Shown: piece by piece, positions 30,442 through 40,065 of the stretch
Layout of the letters: each line of letters begins with the position of its first letter
Position numbering within the stretch: position 1 is the first letter of the stretch
Source of the DNA: Spirochaetota bacterium
GTDB lineage: Bacteria; Spirochaetota; UBA4802; UBA5550
Reading direction: 5' to 3'
Length of the DNA stretch: 64,000 nucleotides
Assembly (NCBI GenBank): GCA_040768125.1
Contig: JAXGNG010000001.1
Coordinates: 1,351,318-1,415,317 of the forward strand
Made by a program: the position numbers and the translations under genes
The notes under the pieces: model-generated
What the model was told of the DNA's origin: nothing
Database searches by the model: none
What the model saw: the letters and a program-made list of their open reading frames with translations, nothing else

Positions 30442-31722
30442 TCAGGATTCATCATCCGGTCCCTTCCTTTTTGTAAGCCGTTTCTCGCGCCTCCACCGGG
30501 ACCTGTCGAGCTTCGTCCAGCTCTCCACGACGTGGCGTGAAAGGGCCGCCTCGCGGGCGGGTCCGGAAACCTTCGGCGCGGGCGCCGGTTTTCCCCCGTG
30601 CCTGCACCGCGCCGCGCGCTCTTCCATTTCTTTGGCGGTGAGGGATGCCTCGGCAAGGATAAACTCACCGGCCAGGGACGGGGATACGCGGCGCCTTTCA
30701 AGGGCCTCCGCAAGGGATTGGACACGTTTCCTGTTCACCATTGATCGCGTCAGGCTTTGGGGCACTACCCCGGCCCCGTGCCGGGCCGCGGAGAGCGCGC
30801 CGGTCATTGCCCCGAGGGCGGAAGTGGCGCCGCCCCTGGAAACGGCGCGAAAGAGCGCGTCGGATCCGCCGCCCCGGGAGCTTATCGCGACGGCAAGGGG
30901 AAGAAGGGCGCCGGGGATATCGACGGTTGCCCGGGCGATGGGCGTTTTCAGGCGGGGCGCCGTGATCCGGACGATGATCTTCTCGGAATCGTCGATGTCG
31001 GTCGCGACGCCGAGGGCCGAGAAGGTCTCCACGAGGTGCCGAAGGGCGTTCTGGAGCGCGTCGGGGTTGACGCCGCCTTCAAAGACCTCGGCGGGGTCCT
31101 GTCCGACCGCCACGGCGATGCGCGACGCCGTTTCCGCCGCGTCCTCAATCAGACCTGCAGCGAAAGACTCTTCACGTGCCTCCTGGCGGAGAAGGAAAAC
31201 GTAGACCAGCCCGGCGGCGAGTGTGCCGTGGTCCGTGGTGAAGAGACGGAGGTAGGCGAGAACATCCTTCATACGGCGCGTGGCATCCGTTTCCCGAAAC
31301 GCCAGGGGAGCCAGGGCGGGGATGATTCTCCCGCCGGGATCATTCGGTGGGGCGTTCCCGCCGGGGCGCTTCCCGGCGTCGTTGATGAAGCGACGCTCCG
31401 TGCTTCCGGCACCGCGGAAAATGCCCCCGGGTGCGCCGGGAAGGTTGGGCGCCTCGCGGACCGTGGTAATAAACTGATCGAGGAAGGCCCCACGCCCCAG
31501 GGCGTGGACTCCCAGGATGATCATGAACTGGGATATGGAAGAGTAGAGCCCGGGCATTCTCCAGCGATGGAGCTTTCCCCTGAGCGCGGGTGCCGGATCG
31601 GCGTAGTCATCGATCTCCCCGAAGCGGGCCCGTATGTGGCCCCCCCCCATGCCCTCGAGGGTATACCCGAGGGCGTCGCCGATGACCGTCGCGAGGATGA
31701 TGTCACGCAGGGGTGCGTCCAT
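30442..31722 (-). CDS. ADP-ribosylglycohydrolase family protein (DraG/ARH-like) with about 100-aa basic C-terminal extension
   Basis: ILATVIGDALGYTLEG N-terminal ARH signature; 426 aa with R/K-rich tail. Confidence 0.72.
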   Translation of the reverse strand: MDAPLRDIILATVIGDALGYTLEGMGGGHIRARFGEIDDYADPAPALRGKLHRWRMPGLYSSISQFMIILGVHALGRGAFLDQFITTVREAPNLPGAPGGIFRGAGSTERRFINDAGKRPGGNAPPNDPGGRIIPALAPLAFRETDATRRMKDVLAYLRLFTTDHGTLAAGLVYVFLLRQEAREESFAAGLIEDAAETASRIAVAVGQDPAEVFEGGVNPDALQNALRHLVETFSALGVATDIDDSEKIIVRITAPRLKTPIARATVDIPGALLPLAVAISSRGGGSDALFRAVSRGGATSALGAMTGALSAARHGAGVVPQSLTRSMVNRKRVQSLAEALERRRVSPSLAGEFILAEASLTAKEMEERAARCRHGGKPAPAPKVSGPAREAALSRHVVESWTKLDRSRWRREKRLTKRKGPDDES

Positions 31723-31738
31723 GGCTTTACCTGCGGGG

Positions 31739-32872
31739 TCAGCGCGAAGAATCTATTATCGAGAGCACCAGTTTCGCGCCGTTCACCAGGTCGCGGATCA
31801 TGATGTATTCCCTCGTGGTGTGGACGTTGCGCATCCCCGCCGAGAGGTTGATCGCCCGTATCCCGGCCCTGTTGAAAATGTTCGTGTCGCTCCCGCCGCC
31901 GGAAACCTCGAAGTGAGGTGTGATGCCAGCCCGCTCCATGGCGCGGACCGCGGTCCTGGCCACGGGCGCTCCGGGGCGGATGGTGAACCCGGAGTACTCG
32001 AGTTCGCTTGTCACGGCGCAGCGGGCACCCATTTTCGATGCGGTTTCCCGCGCGGTGGAACGGACCAGCGATTCCTGGAGACGGAGTTTTTTCCGGTCAA
32101 GGGAGCGCGTCTCGAGGAGGCAGGTCGCGGATTCGGCGACGATGTTAGTGGCGCGGCCCCCGGAGATGGTCCCCACGTTTATCGTGGTCTCGTGGTCGAC
32201 GCGGCCCGATGGGAGCCTCGTGATGATCTCGGAAAGGACATTGATCGCGTTGATCCCCTTTTCCGGCTCCATGCCGGCGTGGGCGGCCTTCCCGGTCACG
32301 GTAATCCCCATGGTCAGCTGGTAGGGCGCCTGGAGAATGATTTTTCCGATCGGCCCGTCGCAGTCGAAGACGAAGGCCCGCCTCGACCGGAGGCGCGACA
32401 TGTCGAAGGCCTTGGCGCCCTTCAGGCCCACCTCCTCGGCGCAGGTGAGGAGAAACTCCACGGGGCCGTGGGACATGCCGGTTTCAGCGATGCACCGTGC
32501 CGCCTCGAGGAACATCGCGATGGCGGCCTTGTCGTCGCTTCCCAGTATCGTGTCGCCGGCCGAGGTTATCCTGGTGCCCGACACGACGGGCCTGACCCCT
32601 TCGCAGGGAGTCACCGTGTCGAGGTGCGCGGAAAAGAGCATGGGAGTTCCCTTCCTGTTCCCCTTCATCTCAAGGAGGAGATTGTGCGATCCGCCGCAGG
32701 GGAATTTTTTTGCACCGAGGCCTATTGATTTTGCGTTCCTGAGAACGTAATCGATCATACCCCGCTCGTTCCAGGAAGGGGAAGATATGCTGGCCATGTC
32801 GGTGAATGTTCTGACCAGCCGTTTTTCGTTTACCCGGTACATGTGGCTCCGCCTTGATTCTGTTTCAATCAC
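31739..32872 (-). CDS. M20 family metallopeptidase (PepT-like tripeptidase)
   Basis: LFSAHLDTVTPCEG...; M20 catalytic/dimerisation domain layout, 377 aa. Confidence 0.78.
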   Translation of the reverse strand: MIETESRRSHMYRVNEKRLVRTFTDMASISSPSWNERGMIDYVLRNAKSIGLGAKKFPCGGSHNLLLEMKGNRKGTPMLFSAHLDTVTPCEGVRPVVSGTRITSAGDTILGSDDKAAIAMFLEAARCIAETGMSHGPVEFLLTCAEEVGLKGAKAFDMSRLRSRRAFVFDCDGPIGKIILQAPYQLTMGITVTGKAAHAGMEPEKGINAINVLSEIITRLPSGRVDHETTINVGTISGGRATNIVAESATCLLETRSLDRKKLRLQESLVRSTARETASKMGARCAVTSELEYSGFTIRPGAPVARTAVRAMERAGITPHFEVSGGGSDTNIFNRAGIRAINLSAGMRNVHTTREYIMIRDLVNGAKLVLSIIDSSR

Positions 32873-32896
32873 CCGGTTAGTCCTCCTGCCGCAGCG

Positions 32897-33412
32897 TCAA
32901 TACGCGTGGACCAGCCTGCCGATGATACGGTCTTCGGGAACGACCCCGAGGGTCCTGCTGTCATGGCCGCGGTCAAGGTTGTCGCAGAGGACGAAGTAGT
33001 GCTTTCGTTCGATCTTGACGGCCGGCATGTTGTCCCGCGAGGAGAAGCTCATGGGAAAGACGCGATTGTCGGAAGCGCGCGTTTTCCACGGGAAGGAATA
33101 CGCGTTTCCGTTCAGGTAGAAGACCCTGTCGCGAATTTCCACGGTGTCTCCCTCGGCGGCCGCAACGCGCCTCAGCATCACCCGTCCGGAGGCGACGCTG
33201 TTTTCAACCAGCACGATGTCGCCCCTCGCCTGCGCGCCCGGCTTGAGGATGAAGCCGATGCTCCCGCTGCGGAGAGAGGGCTCCATCGAGTCGTCGGGAA
33301 CTCTGAAGGGCACGATAATGATCCGGATGATCACGAAGCCTGCGATTATGCCTCCGACGATCATGATCAGCTTTAATATGATTTTCTTTTCCTGTTTTTC
33401 CCGGTAGTACAT
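32897..33412 (-). CDS. lepB: Signal peptidase I
   Basis: VPDDSMEPSLRSGS (catalytic Ser box), RVAAAEGDTVEI, HYFVLCDNLDRGHDSR (box E). Confidence 0.85.
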   Translation of the reverse strand: MYYREKQEKKIILKLIMIVGGIIAGFVIIRIIIVPFRVPDDSMEPSLRSGSIGFILKPGAQARGDIVLVENSVASGRVMLRRVAAAEGDTVEIRDRVFYLNGNAYSFPWKTRASDNRVFPMSFSSRDNMPAVKIERKHYFVLCDNLDRGHDSRTLGVVPEDRIIGRLVHAY

Positions 33413-33733
33413 GGCGCCTGCCGAATTCTGTTTCTCATTAAGTCACACGCGGTTAATCGTTGACGACGGGGATAAATTAATCAATTAAAAATCATGACGG
33501 CGTTATGTCCCGGAGTGGACGCGCCGGCTGGGTAAGATTCCGCGCCATCCCGCATTAATTTCTTGACAAGTACGCTTGTTGGCTTAACATTTATACGGTT
33601 ACAGGGGCTGATTTCATGCGTGAGGGAGGGATCGATACCCTCGCGACGGGAAGGCGCCACGAAGGCCCATGATCCCCCGTGGCGGGCGCCATGCCAATTA
33701 CTGCCGTACCAGAGGCGAAGGGAGATTTTATAT

Positions 33734-33761
33734 TAAATTTTTTATAGCCCGGCGCCGATAT
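33734..33761 (+). promoter_or_regulatory. Candidate sigma28 (FliA)-type promoter TAAA-N16-GCCGATAT upstream of the flaA-like pair
   Basis: Match to TAAA-N15-GCCGATAA with one extra spacer nt, about 75 nt upstream of the first FlaA-like start with AAGGAG RBS. Confidence 0.3.
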
Positions 33762-33836
33762 TGTAAAAGCATGAGACCGTATTTATCATAACGATACGCC
33801 AGAGCGCCGGGAATACCATTTTCAAAGGAGTATGCG

Positions 33837-34586
33837 ATGAAAAGGATGACAAGAATCTTCACATTGTCGTTCGCCATAGGCATCATGATGCTTTTTTTCG
33901 GCAACGGTACCAACCATCTTACGGCCCAGGAGGAAGCGGGGAAGAAGAAGCAGGACGGGCTGGTGGTGGACTGGGTAAATGATTTTGAGAATTCTGAGGA
34001 CTGGCGCGCAGTGGCGACCTGCCCCCTCGGCGATACCAAGACGAGAAAAATCCCCGGCAAGCCCCGACCGGTGAACGACCAGGGCCAGCCGGTTAATGAA
34101 GAGGGCCAGCCCGGCGAGTTTAAAGGCGAGATCACCGATGAAAACGGAATAACCCGCAAGAATGAATACGTGCTCGGCGTAAAGACCTACTTTTACGACA
34201 GGGGCTTCGACCGTGTCGAGGTCTTCCCGCCCAATGAGTATATCATCAGGGGCAAGGCGCGGGAACTCAAGTTCTGGGCCCTGGGAAGGAAGTTCCGTCA
34301 CACGATCTGGGTCAAGTTGAGGGACTACCGGGGACGCATCCACAAGCTCAAAGTGGGCCGCCTTGATTTCTGGGGCTGGAAAGAGATGTCGGTCATTGTT
34401 CCCGGATGGCTTCCCCAGTCGTCAAGCTACGCGCTCCTCGACAAGAACCTTCATTTCGTTTCATTTTTCATCCAGAGCGACATGTACGAGGTGCCCGGAA
34501 CGTTTTACACGTATCTTGACCAGTTCAGGGTCGTAACAGACCTTTCTGAATTCACGGGTGACGAGACGATCAAGGATACCTGGTAA
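33837..34586 (+). CDS. Flagellar filament outer-layer (sheath) protein FlaA-like, paralog 1 (249 aa)
   Basis: Signal peptide; architecture and size match the spirochete FlaA family (recalled); paired with a second paralog as in Leptospira flaA1/flaA2. Confidence 0.45.
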   Translation: MKRMTRIFTLSFAIGIMMLFFGNGTNHLTAQEEAGKKKQDGLVVDWVNDFENSEDWRAVATCPLGDTKTRKIPGKPRPVNDQGQPVNEEGQPGEFKGEITDENGITRKNEYVLGVKTYFYDRGFDRVEVFPPNEYIIRGKARELKFWALGRKFRHTIWVKLRDYRGRIHKLKVGRLDFWGWKEMSVIVPGWLPQSSSYALLDKNLHFVSFFIQSDMYEVPGTFYTYLDQFRVVTDLSEFTGDETIKDTW

Positions 34587-34617
34587 AATCGATACAGGCC
34601 AAGAAGGGAGGCTTTTA

Positions 34618-35499
34618 ATGAGAGCATATAGTTCAAGAATCATGGCAATTGCAATGTGTTCGCTCATGGCGCTGGTCCTCGGCCTTGTGGCGGTGGAACC
34701 GGCTCAGTCCAGGATCATCACCAACGTGCCCGCCGATGTCAGCGGCGACGAGGAGCTTGCCGTGGTCATCGAGGATTTCGAGGCCGCCGAGGTAAGCGAC
34801 AAGGGCTGGAAGATCGAATCAATGCCGAAGCAGTTCACCAAGGCGGAAACGGAGGAGCGGTTGAAGATGAAGAATCCCGTTCCCCTCCTCGAGATAAAGG
34901 TGGTCCCCGGCGCGCCCAATGACATGAACGTGGAGGAATGGTCCCTCACCGGGCTCGGCAAGAAAAAGGAAAAAATCCTCGGCATGAGCTACCGGTTCCG
35001 GTATCCCGGGACCAACGAGATCCATGTACTCCCGCCCCTTGAAGTTGACTGGAAAGACCGTCAGCCGGTCATGTCGTACAACGCCAGCACGGGGAAGGAG
35101 GAGCAGGAGCGCGCCATCCAGCTTCCGGGACAGGCGAAGGCGATATCCATGTGGGTGCATGGCAGGGGGCACCCCTACGACCTGGAGCTCTGGCTCAAGG
35201 ATTATACCGGCGCGACGCACGTGCTGAAGTTCGGATCGGTCAATTTCGTGGGATGGCGCCCCATGTCGGTGGAGATTCCCGGCAACATCCCCCAGACCTA
35301 CATGTCGTACCCGCAGACGAGGGTCACCAAGATCACGCGTTTCGTCCTCAGGGCGGTTCCGAACGCCCCTCGCGCGGAGTTGATGGAAAAGGCCTATTTC
35401 TTTTTTGACCAGCTGAAGGTCCTGACCAGCACCTACGAGGTCAATTTCGACGGTGCGGATCTTCACAAGATTTTCGACGGCGGAGAAAAAAAGCAGTAA
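34618..35499 (+). CDS. Flagellar filament outer-layer protein FlaA-like, paralog 2 (293 aa)
   Basis: Start trimmed to MRAYSSRIMAIAMCSLMALV after AAGAAGGGAGG RBS; shares the pattern ...LKFGSVNFVGWRPMSVEIPG / KLKVGRLDFWGWKEMSVIVPG with the upstream paralog. Confidence 0.45.
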   Translation: MRAYSSRIMAIAMCSLMALVLGLVAVEPAQSRIITNVPADVSGDEELAVVIEDFEAAEVSDKGWKIESMPKQFTKAETEERLKMKNPVPLLEIKVVPGAPNDMNVEEWSLTGLGKKKEKILGMSYRFRYPGTNEIHVLPPLEVDWKDRQPVMSYNASTGKEEQERAIQLPGQAKAISMWVHGRGHPYDLELWLKDYTGATHVLKFGSVNFVGWRPMSVEIPGNIPQTYMSYPQTRVTKITRFVLRAVPNAPRAELMEKAYFFFDQLKVLTSTYEVNFDGADLHKIFDGGEKKQ

Positions 35500-35689
35500 C
35501 GAGCGTCAGCGAAACCGACAGACACGTACAGGTTCTTTTCTTCGCCAGAAATACCCATCGAGAAGAGTGATGGGTATTTTCTATTTTTCAAATATTGATT
35601 TTTTTCGTCCCTCCGGGCGGCGCGGCGGGGGGATGCGAGGCTCGACGAAAACGGGAGCGCGTCTCCACTTCATATAACGGGTTGGTGAT

Positions 35690-38392
35690 ATGGCTAAGGA
35701 AAAATTAATGGAGAAGCTCGATTCCATTTTCAAAGAGGAACTATGGGGAAGGATCGAGCCCAAGGATATCGGAATATCCAAGTTCAAAATACTTGACGAC
35801 CTCTTCAACGCCGTCGTGTCCGAGGGCGCCGTGGAAGAAACCCTTGATGCGTGCAGGAAGCACCTGGAGGAGCATCCCGACTCCATCACCTCGATGTACC
35901 TCATCGGGCTGATCGGTCACGACCGCGACAGGATCGAGGACGCGATGCAGCTGCGGCGCCTCATCGAGCTTTTCACGGGGTACCACAAGTGGGCCGTGGT
36001 GGAGCTCCTCTCGGAAAAGATCCTCGAGTACGGCGAATCAAGCGTGGCCCTGCGTTCCCTCGCCCTGAGCCTGGAGCGTCTCGGCAGGAGCAAGGAGGCG
36101 ATTCCCGTCCTGGAGAGCCTCATGAAGATCGACCGTTTCGACGCGGAGCTTTCGAAGAAGCTCGCCTTCGCCCTGATCGACGAGGATTCTGTCAAGAGCA
36201 TCCATTACATGAAACTCTCGATCGAGGGGTTCATCAAGAACAGGAAGTACGAGGAAGTGACCGCCCTCTGGACCAAGCTGGTTTCCGTTTCGTGGGAGGA
36301 CATCCCCTTCTTCGAGAGGATCGAGCGGTTTCTCGTCGAGGCCAAGCAGTTCGAGCTCACGGCCAACCTGATAAAGATCCTCCTCCAGAAGTACCGCGAC
36401 GACGAGAACCCCGATCTCTCGATCGAGCTGACCAAGAAGGTGCTCAAGTACCGGCCCGATGACGCACATGCCCGGCGCGATCTCGTGGGCTATTACAGGG
36501 CCAAGTACGGAGAGCATTCCCAGTTCGAGCAGTTCCTGAAGCTTTCAAAGCTCACGAACCACAAGACCCCCGTGAAGTACGCGATCCAGGACTTTGAGAA
36601 GAACATCATCTTCGACGTGGGGAACTACGCGTACCACAACACCTGGAAGCTCGGCAAGATCATGGAAATGGACAGCGAGGGCATCGTCATAAGCTTCAGC
36701 GGCAAGCCCGACCACCGCATGTCCATCCAGATGGCCCTTCAATCCCTCATGCCCGTGACGAAGGACCATATCTACGTGCTTCAATACGAGGACCCGGAGT
36801 ACGTAAAAAAGCTCTTCAAGGATGAGTTCATCCAGTTTTTCGAGATACTGGTCAAGTCCTACGGCGGTACGATCCTCCTCGAGGACATCAAGCGGGAGCT
36901 TATCCCCGCCTATATATCCGAGAAGGGCTGGTCGAAATGGTGGAGCAAGGCGCGAACGAAGATAAAGAGAAATCCGCATTTCGGCTTTTCAGACAAGAAA
37001 AAGGACCTCGTCTACATGCGGGACAAGCCGGTGACCTTCGCCGAGGAACTCCTTGAAAGCTTCATCGAGAGCGATTCCTTCAGCGTCAAGCTCGATGCCG
37101 CGATTGAATTCGTCAACAACATCGAAAAGGACGAGGGCCTCGGAGTGGTCCAGTACTTCATCGATTATTTCACGGACCAGATGAAGGGCGATTCCGCCAC
37201 CAGGCAGGTGCTCTCCTACATGCTGTTGAAGGACATGGCCAAGTTCGTGGATCCCTCGAAGCTCAAGCTCGACGCGCACCGGGAGCGGGTCGTCGCCTTC
37301 ATAAAAGAGAGCAGGGAGCTCCCGATCCTCTCGATGAAGATAACCTCCTACGACTACAAGAAGGACCTGGTGAACATCATCGAGGAGTGCAGGGAGGACT
37401 GGCCCCAGGTGCTCATGGAACTCCTCTTCGAGACACCGGTCAGGATACACAAGTACATCGTCAATATCCTGATAAGGGCCCACGCCTACAACGTCATCAA
37501 CACCTTCATTGACCGCGTCATCACCGGGATGAAGCAGTATCCGGAGATATTCATCTGGGTGAGCCGGAACCTGATCGGGGGCCAGTGGAACTACGACTGG
37601 CTCGATTACCCGCGGGAGCGCCTCACGGTATCATTCTTCAGGCTCCTGAACGAGCTGAAGAAGATCGAGCTCGAGGGGAACCGCCTTAAGAACATGGTCG
37701 TGGACTTCCTCATGGACAACAACGCCGCGGCCATGAAGAATATCGTGAAGCAGTTCGATCGGGGCTTCCTCGGCAAACTGTACGATCTCTTCGTCAACGT
37801 GTCCTACGTGGAGGAGGCCCAGAAGGAGGCATTCCTGTCGGCGATACGATCTGTTCACCCCGATTTCCAGCCCGTGTCGACGCAGCCTGACGAATCCTGG
37901 GAACTGGACGAGGAAAAGCTTATCACCTCCCGGGAAGGCTATGAGAAAATGAAGTCTGAATTGGATCGCCTGGTGAGCGTGGAACTGGTGAATATTTCCC
38001 GCGAGCTCGCGAAGGTAGCGGACGTATCCGCGGACATACGGGAGAACGTGGAGTACAACGCCCTGATGGAGAAACAGGCGACCCTGGAGCTTACGATTTC
38101 GAAGCTTGACGACGAGATGAAGAAGGCGAAGGTTCTCAGCCGGGAAGAGATCTCCACCGACTCCGTGGGCGTGGGCACCCGGGTCATTCTCAGGGACGCG
38201 GCGTCCGGGGACGAGCGGGATTATACGATACTCGGCCCCTGGGACGCGGATTTCGAGAAACGAATACTCTCGTACCGCTCCCCCATAGCCAAGTCCCTCC
38301 TCGGAGCGAAGAAGGGTGAAACGATCCATCTTGACAGCGAGGAAGGGAGGAAAGATTACATCGTGGGTGACATACGGAAGTACGAGGCATAA
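35690..38392 (+). CDS. greA: Transcription elongation factor GreA, long form (900 aa)
   Basis: C-terminal about 160 aa is a canonical GreA coiled-coil + FKBP-like domain (GYEKMKSELDRL...GVGTRVILRDAASGDERDYTILGPWDAD); about 740-aa N-terminal domain of unknown function, as in spirochete GreA. Confidence 0.8.
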   Translation: MAKEKLMEKLDSIFKEELWGRIEPKDIGISKFKILDDLFNAVVSEGAVEETLDACRKHLEEHPDSITSMYLIGLIGHDRDRIEDAMQLRRLIELFTGYHKWAVVELLSEKILEYGESSVALRSLALSLERLGRSKEAIPVLESLMKIDRFDAELSKKLAFALIDEDSVKSIHYMKLSIEGFIKNRKYEEVTALWTKLVSVSWEDIPFFERIERFLVEAKQFELTANLIKILLQKYRDDENPDLSIELTKKVLKYRPDDAHARRDLVGYYRAKYGEHSQFEQFLKLSKLTNHKTPVKYAIQDFEKNIIFDVGNYAYHNTWKLGKIMEMDSEGIVISFSGKPDHRMSIQMALQSLMPVTKDHIYVLQYEDPEYVKKLFKDEFIQFFEILVKSYGGTILLEDIKRELIPAYISEKGWSKWWSKARTKIKRNPHFGFSDKKKDLVYMRDKPVTFAEELLESFIESDSFSVKLDAAIEFVNNIEKDEGLGVVQYFIDYFTDQMKGDSATRQVLSYMLLKDMAKFVDPSKLKLDAHRERVVAFIKESRELPILSMKITSYDYKKDLVNIIEECREDWPQVLMELLFETPVRIHKYIVNILIRAHAYNVINTFIDRVITGMKQYPEIFIWVSRNLIGGQWNYDWLDYPRERLTVSFFRLLNELKKIELEGNRLKNMVVDFLMDNNAAAMKNIVKQFDRGFLGKLYDLFVNVSYVEEAQKEAFLSAIRSVHPDFQPVSTQPDESWELDEEKLITSREGYEKMKSELDRLVSVELVNISRELAKVADVSADIRENVEYNALMEKQATLELTISKLDDEMKKAKVLSREEISTDSVGVGTRVILRDAASGDERDYTILGPWDADFEKRILSYRSPIAKSLLGAKKGETIHLDSEEGRKDYIVGDIRKYEA

Positions 38393-38457
38393 TCGGAGGA
38401 CCGTAAAGAATTGTGTTGACAAATGCACCCCCGCGTCGATAAGGGTTTACAGGATTC

Positions 38458-38542
38458 GCCGCGATGGTGGAATTGGCAGACACGCTAGATTCAGGATCTA
38501 GTGGGCATTACGCCTGTGAGGGTTCAAATCCCTCTCGCGGCA
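38458..38542 (+). tRNA. tRNA-Leu (anticodon CAG)
   Basis: GCCGCGA acceptor stem paired with TCGCGGC+A, D-arm GTGGAATTGGCAGAC, anticodon loop TTCAGGA, long variable arm, T-arm GAGGGTTCAAATCCCTC. Confidence 0.85.
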
Positions 38543-38552
38543 GATTGAAGGG

Positions 38553-38580
38553 GCGCGTGACATCACGCCCTTTTTTTTTG
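38553..38580 (+). terminator. Rho-independent terminator after tRNA-Leu
   Basis: GGGCGCGTGA-CA-TCACGCCC hairpin + T9. Confidence 0.55.
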
Positions 38581-38649
38581 AAAAAATATTTTAGAGTATT
38601 CCCGCCTGTTTCGTATGCCCCGTGAGACCAGATTTTTTCGGGGGGCACC

Positions 38650-39501
38650 ATGAGAATGTTCAGACTGTTGCTGGCGGCGATACCCCATCTTATCCTCCCC
38701 GCCTGCTCCTTTCCCGCGGAACATAATCCGCTCCTGGATCCGCGTCCTCCCGGCGTGACGGGTATCGATGTCGTGATGCCGGCGTCGATCTGCGAGAACG
38801 AGACCGTCATTGCGCGGGCCCTGGCGATACACCGGGATGGAACGAAACGCCCCGCGGAAGGCGTCGCCTGGGAGAGTCTCGCGCCGGGGGTGGTCTCCAT
38901 CGACGGCACGGGGGCGTGCCGGGGCATTTCCCCGGGGCATGGCAACGTGCGGGCCATCCTGGGGGAAATGTCCGGAACGGCGGAGCTCGAGGTCCGTCGG
39001 CGGGTCGATTACCGGAATATCATAATCAGCGAGGTGTTCTACGACGCCGCGGGGTCCGATACAGGGTATGAGTATATTGAGCTCTACAACGCGAATCCCT
39101 ACCCGTGCGATCTCGAGGGGCTCGGCGTGGTCGACGGGGCGTCCTCCAGCGCGCCATGGGTAGGTATCCGGGGGTGCGTCGTGGGGGCGGAATCCTACCT
39201 GGTCCTGGCGGCTTCAGCCGAAGGGTTCGAAAGGCTTTTCGGCCGGGCCCCGGATTGCGCGGGTTTCACTTTCTCACTGAATAACAGCGGGGAAACGGTG
39301 ACGCTTACGGGGCCCCGTGATGGAGAGACACTCGATCGTGTCTTCATCGAGGGCGGTTCCGCCGAATACCCGGCTCCGGCTGAATGGGGATCCGGAGCGC
39401 TTCCCGGCGCAGGGGAGGGAAACTCGGTCTACCGCCTCGATCTCACCGACACTGATACCCATTCCGACTGGGGCCCCGGCAGTCCCACGCCGGGATGGTA
39501 G
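38650..39501 (+). CDS. Lipoprotein with bacterial Ig-like (Big_2-like) and lamin-tail-like (LTD) domains
   Basis: Lipobox ILPAC; segment IIISEVFYDAAGSDTGYEYIELYN resembles the lamin tail domain signature. Confidence 0.5.
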   Translation: MRMFRLLLAAIPHLILPACSFPAEHNPLLDPRPPGVTGIDVVMPASICENETVIARALAIHRDGTKRPAEGVAWESLAPGVVSIDGTGACRGISPGHGNVRAILGEMSGTAELEVRRRVDYRNIIISEVFYDAAGSDTGYEYIELYNANPYPCDLEGLGVVDGASSSAPWVGIRGCVVGAESYLVLAASAEGFERLFGRAPDCAGFTFSLNNSGETVTLTGPRDGETLDRVFIEGGSAEYPAPAEWGSGALPGAGEGNSVYRLDLTDTDTHSDWGPGSPTPGW

Positions 39502-39600
39502 AACCCGACCGGCCGGTGAAAAATATTATGTGGAGACATGGGCGGGGTGTTCCGAAAATAGAATTAGCATCACAATGATTGATGATCCGGAGCGCGTCCA

Positions 39601-40046
39601 TGCCGAAGACCAGTGAAGCCCTCGATATCGTCGAAAAAGCGAGGAGGGAGATCCTTTTCGCCATTAAAGAGCGGATACGGCATCTCACGGAGGGAACCGG
39701 CGCGCCGGTGCGCCTGAAGCGCGTCGTGGTAAGGGGCGCTCCCGACGGAGAGCCCGACTCGCTTCGCTATTATGAGATACACAACACCTACCTTGACGAC
39801 GACGGGCGTCTCTGCGCCGACATGGCCGGCCGGGACGACCGCTTCAACGACGGCATACTCTTCGGGAGGGAGATCGAGGACCTGGATGCCGGGGACCTCA
39901 AGTATATCCTCGACGCGCTCTACGGCGATGAATGGGGCCTCGAATACGACAGGAAATTTGCCGCGCCTCTCCGCAGGGCAGGAATACACGCCTTCATCAT
40001 GGACACCCGTGCCAATATTTCCCGGGCCCTCCGGAGGGGCGCCTGA
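39601..40046 (+). CDS. Hypothetical protein (about 148 aa)
   Basis: Coding-like composition (RYYEIHNTYLDDDGRLCADMAG...); no domain recognised. Confidence 0.4.
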
Positions 40047-40065
40047 GGAACTCCGGAGGCCAGGC

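Noticed and set aside
29340-30476. 378-aa plus-strand ORF opposite the secreted-protein gene, and similar long antisense ORFs (14707..15438, 15775..16422, 31634..32728, 45344..46366, 54291..55745, 56458..58131, 63254..63913)
   Set aside because: All overlap well-supported genes on the other strand. They have low-complexity G/R/P/D/H-rich translations and no starts with RBS; these are expected artefacts in about 60% GC DNA.
33616-33672. 18-codon mini-ORF (MREGGIDTLATGRRHEGP) in the flaA leader as a leader peptide
   Set aside because: No RBS, and no obvious attenuation logic. It is mentioned only within the leader-structure finding.
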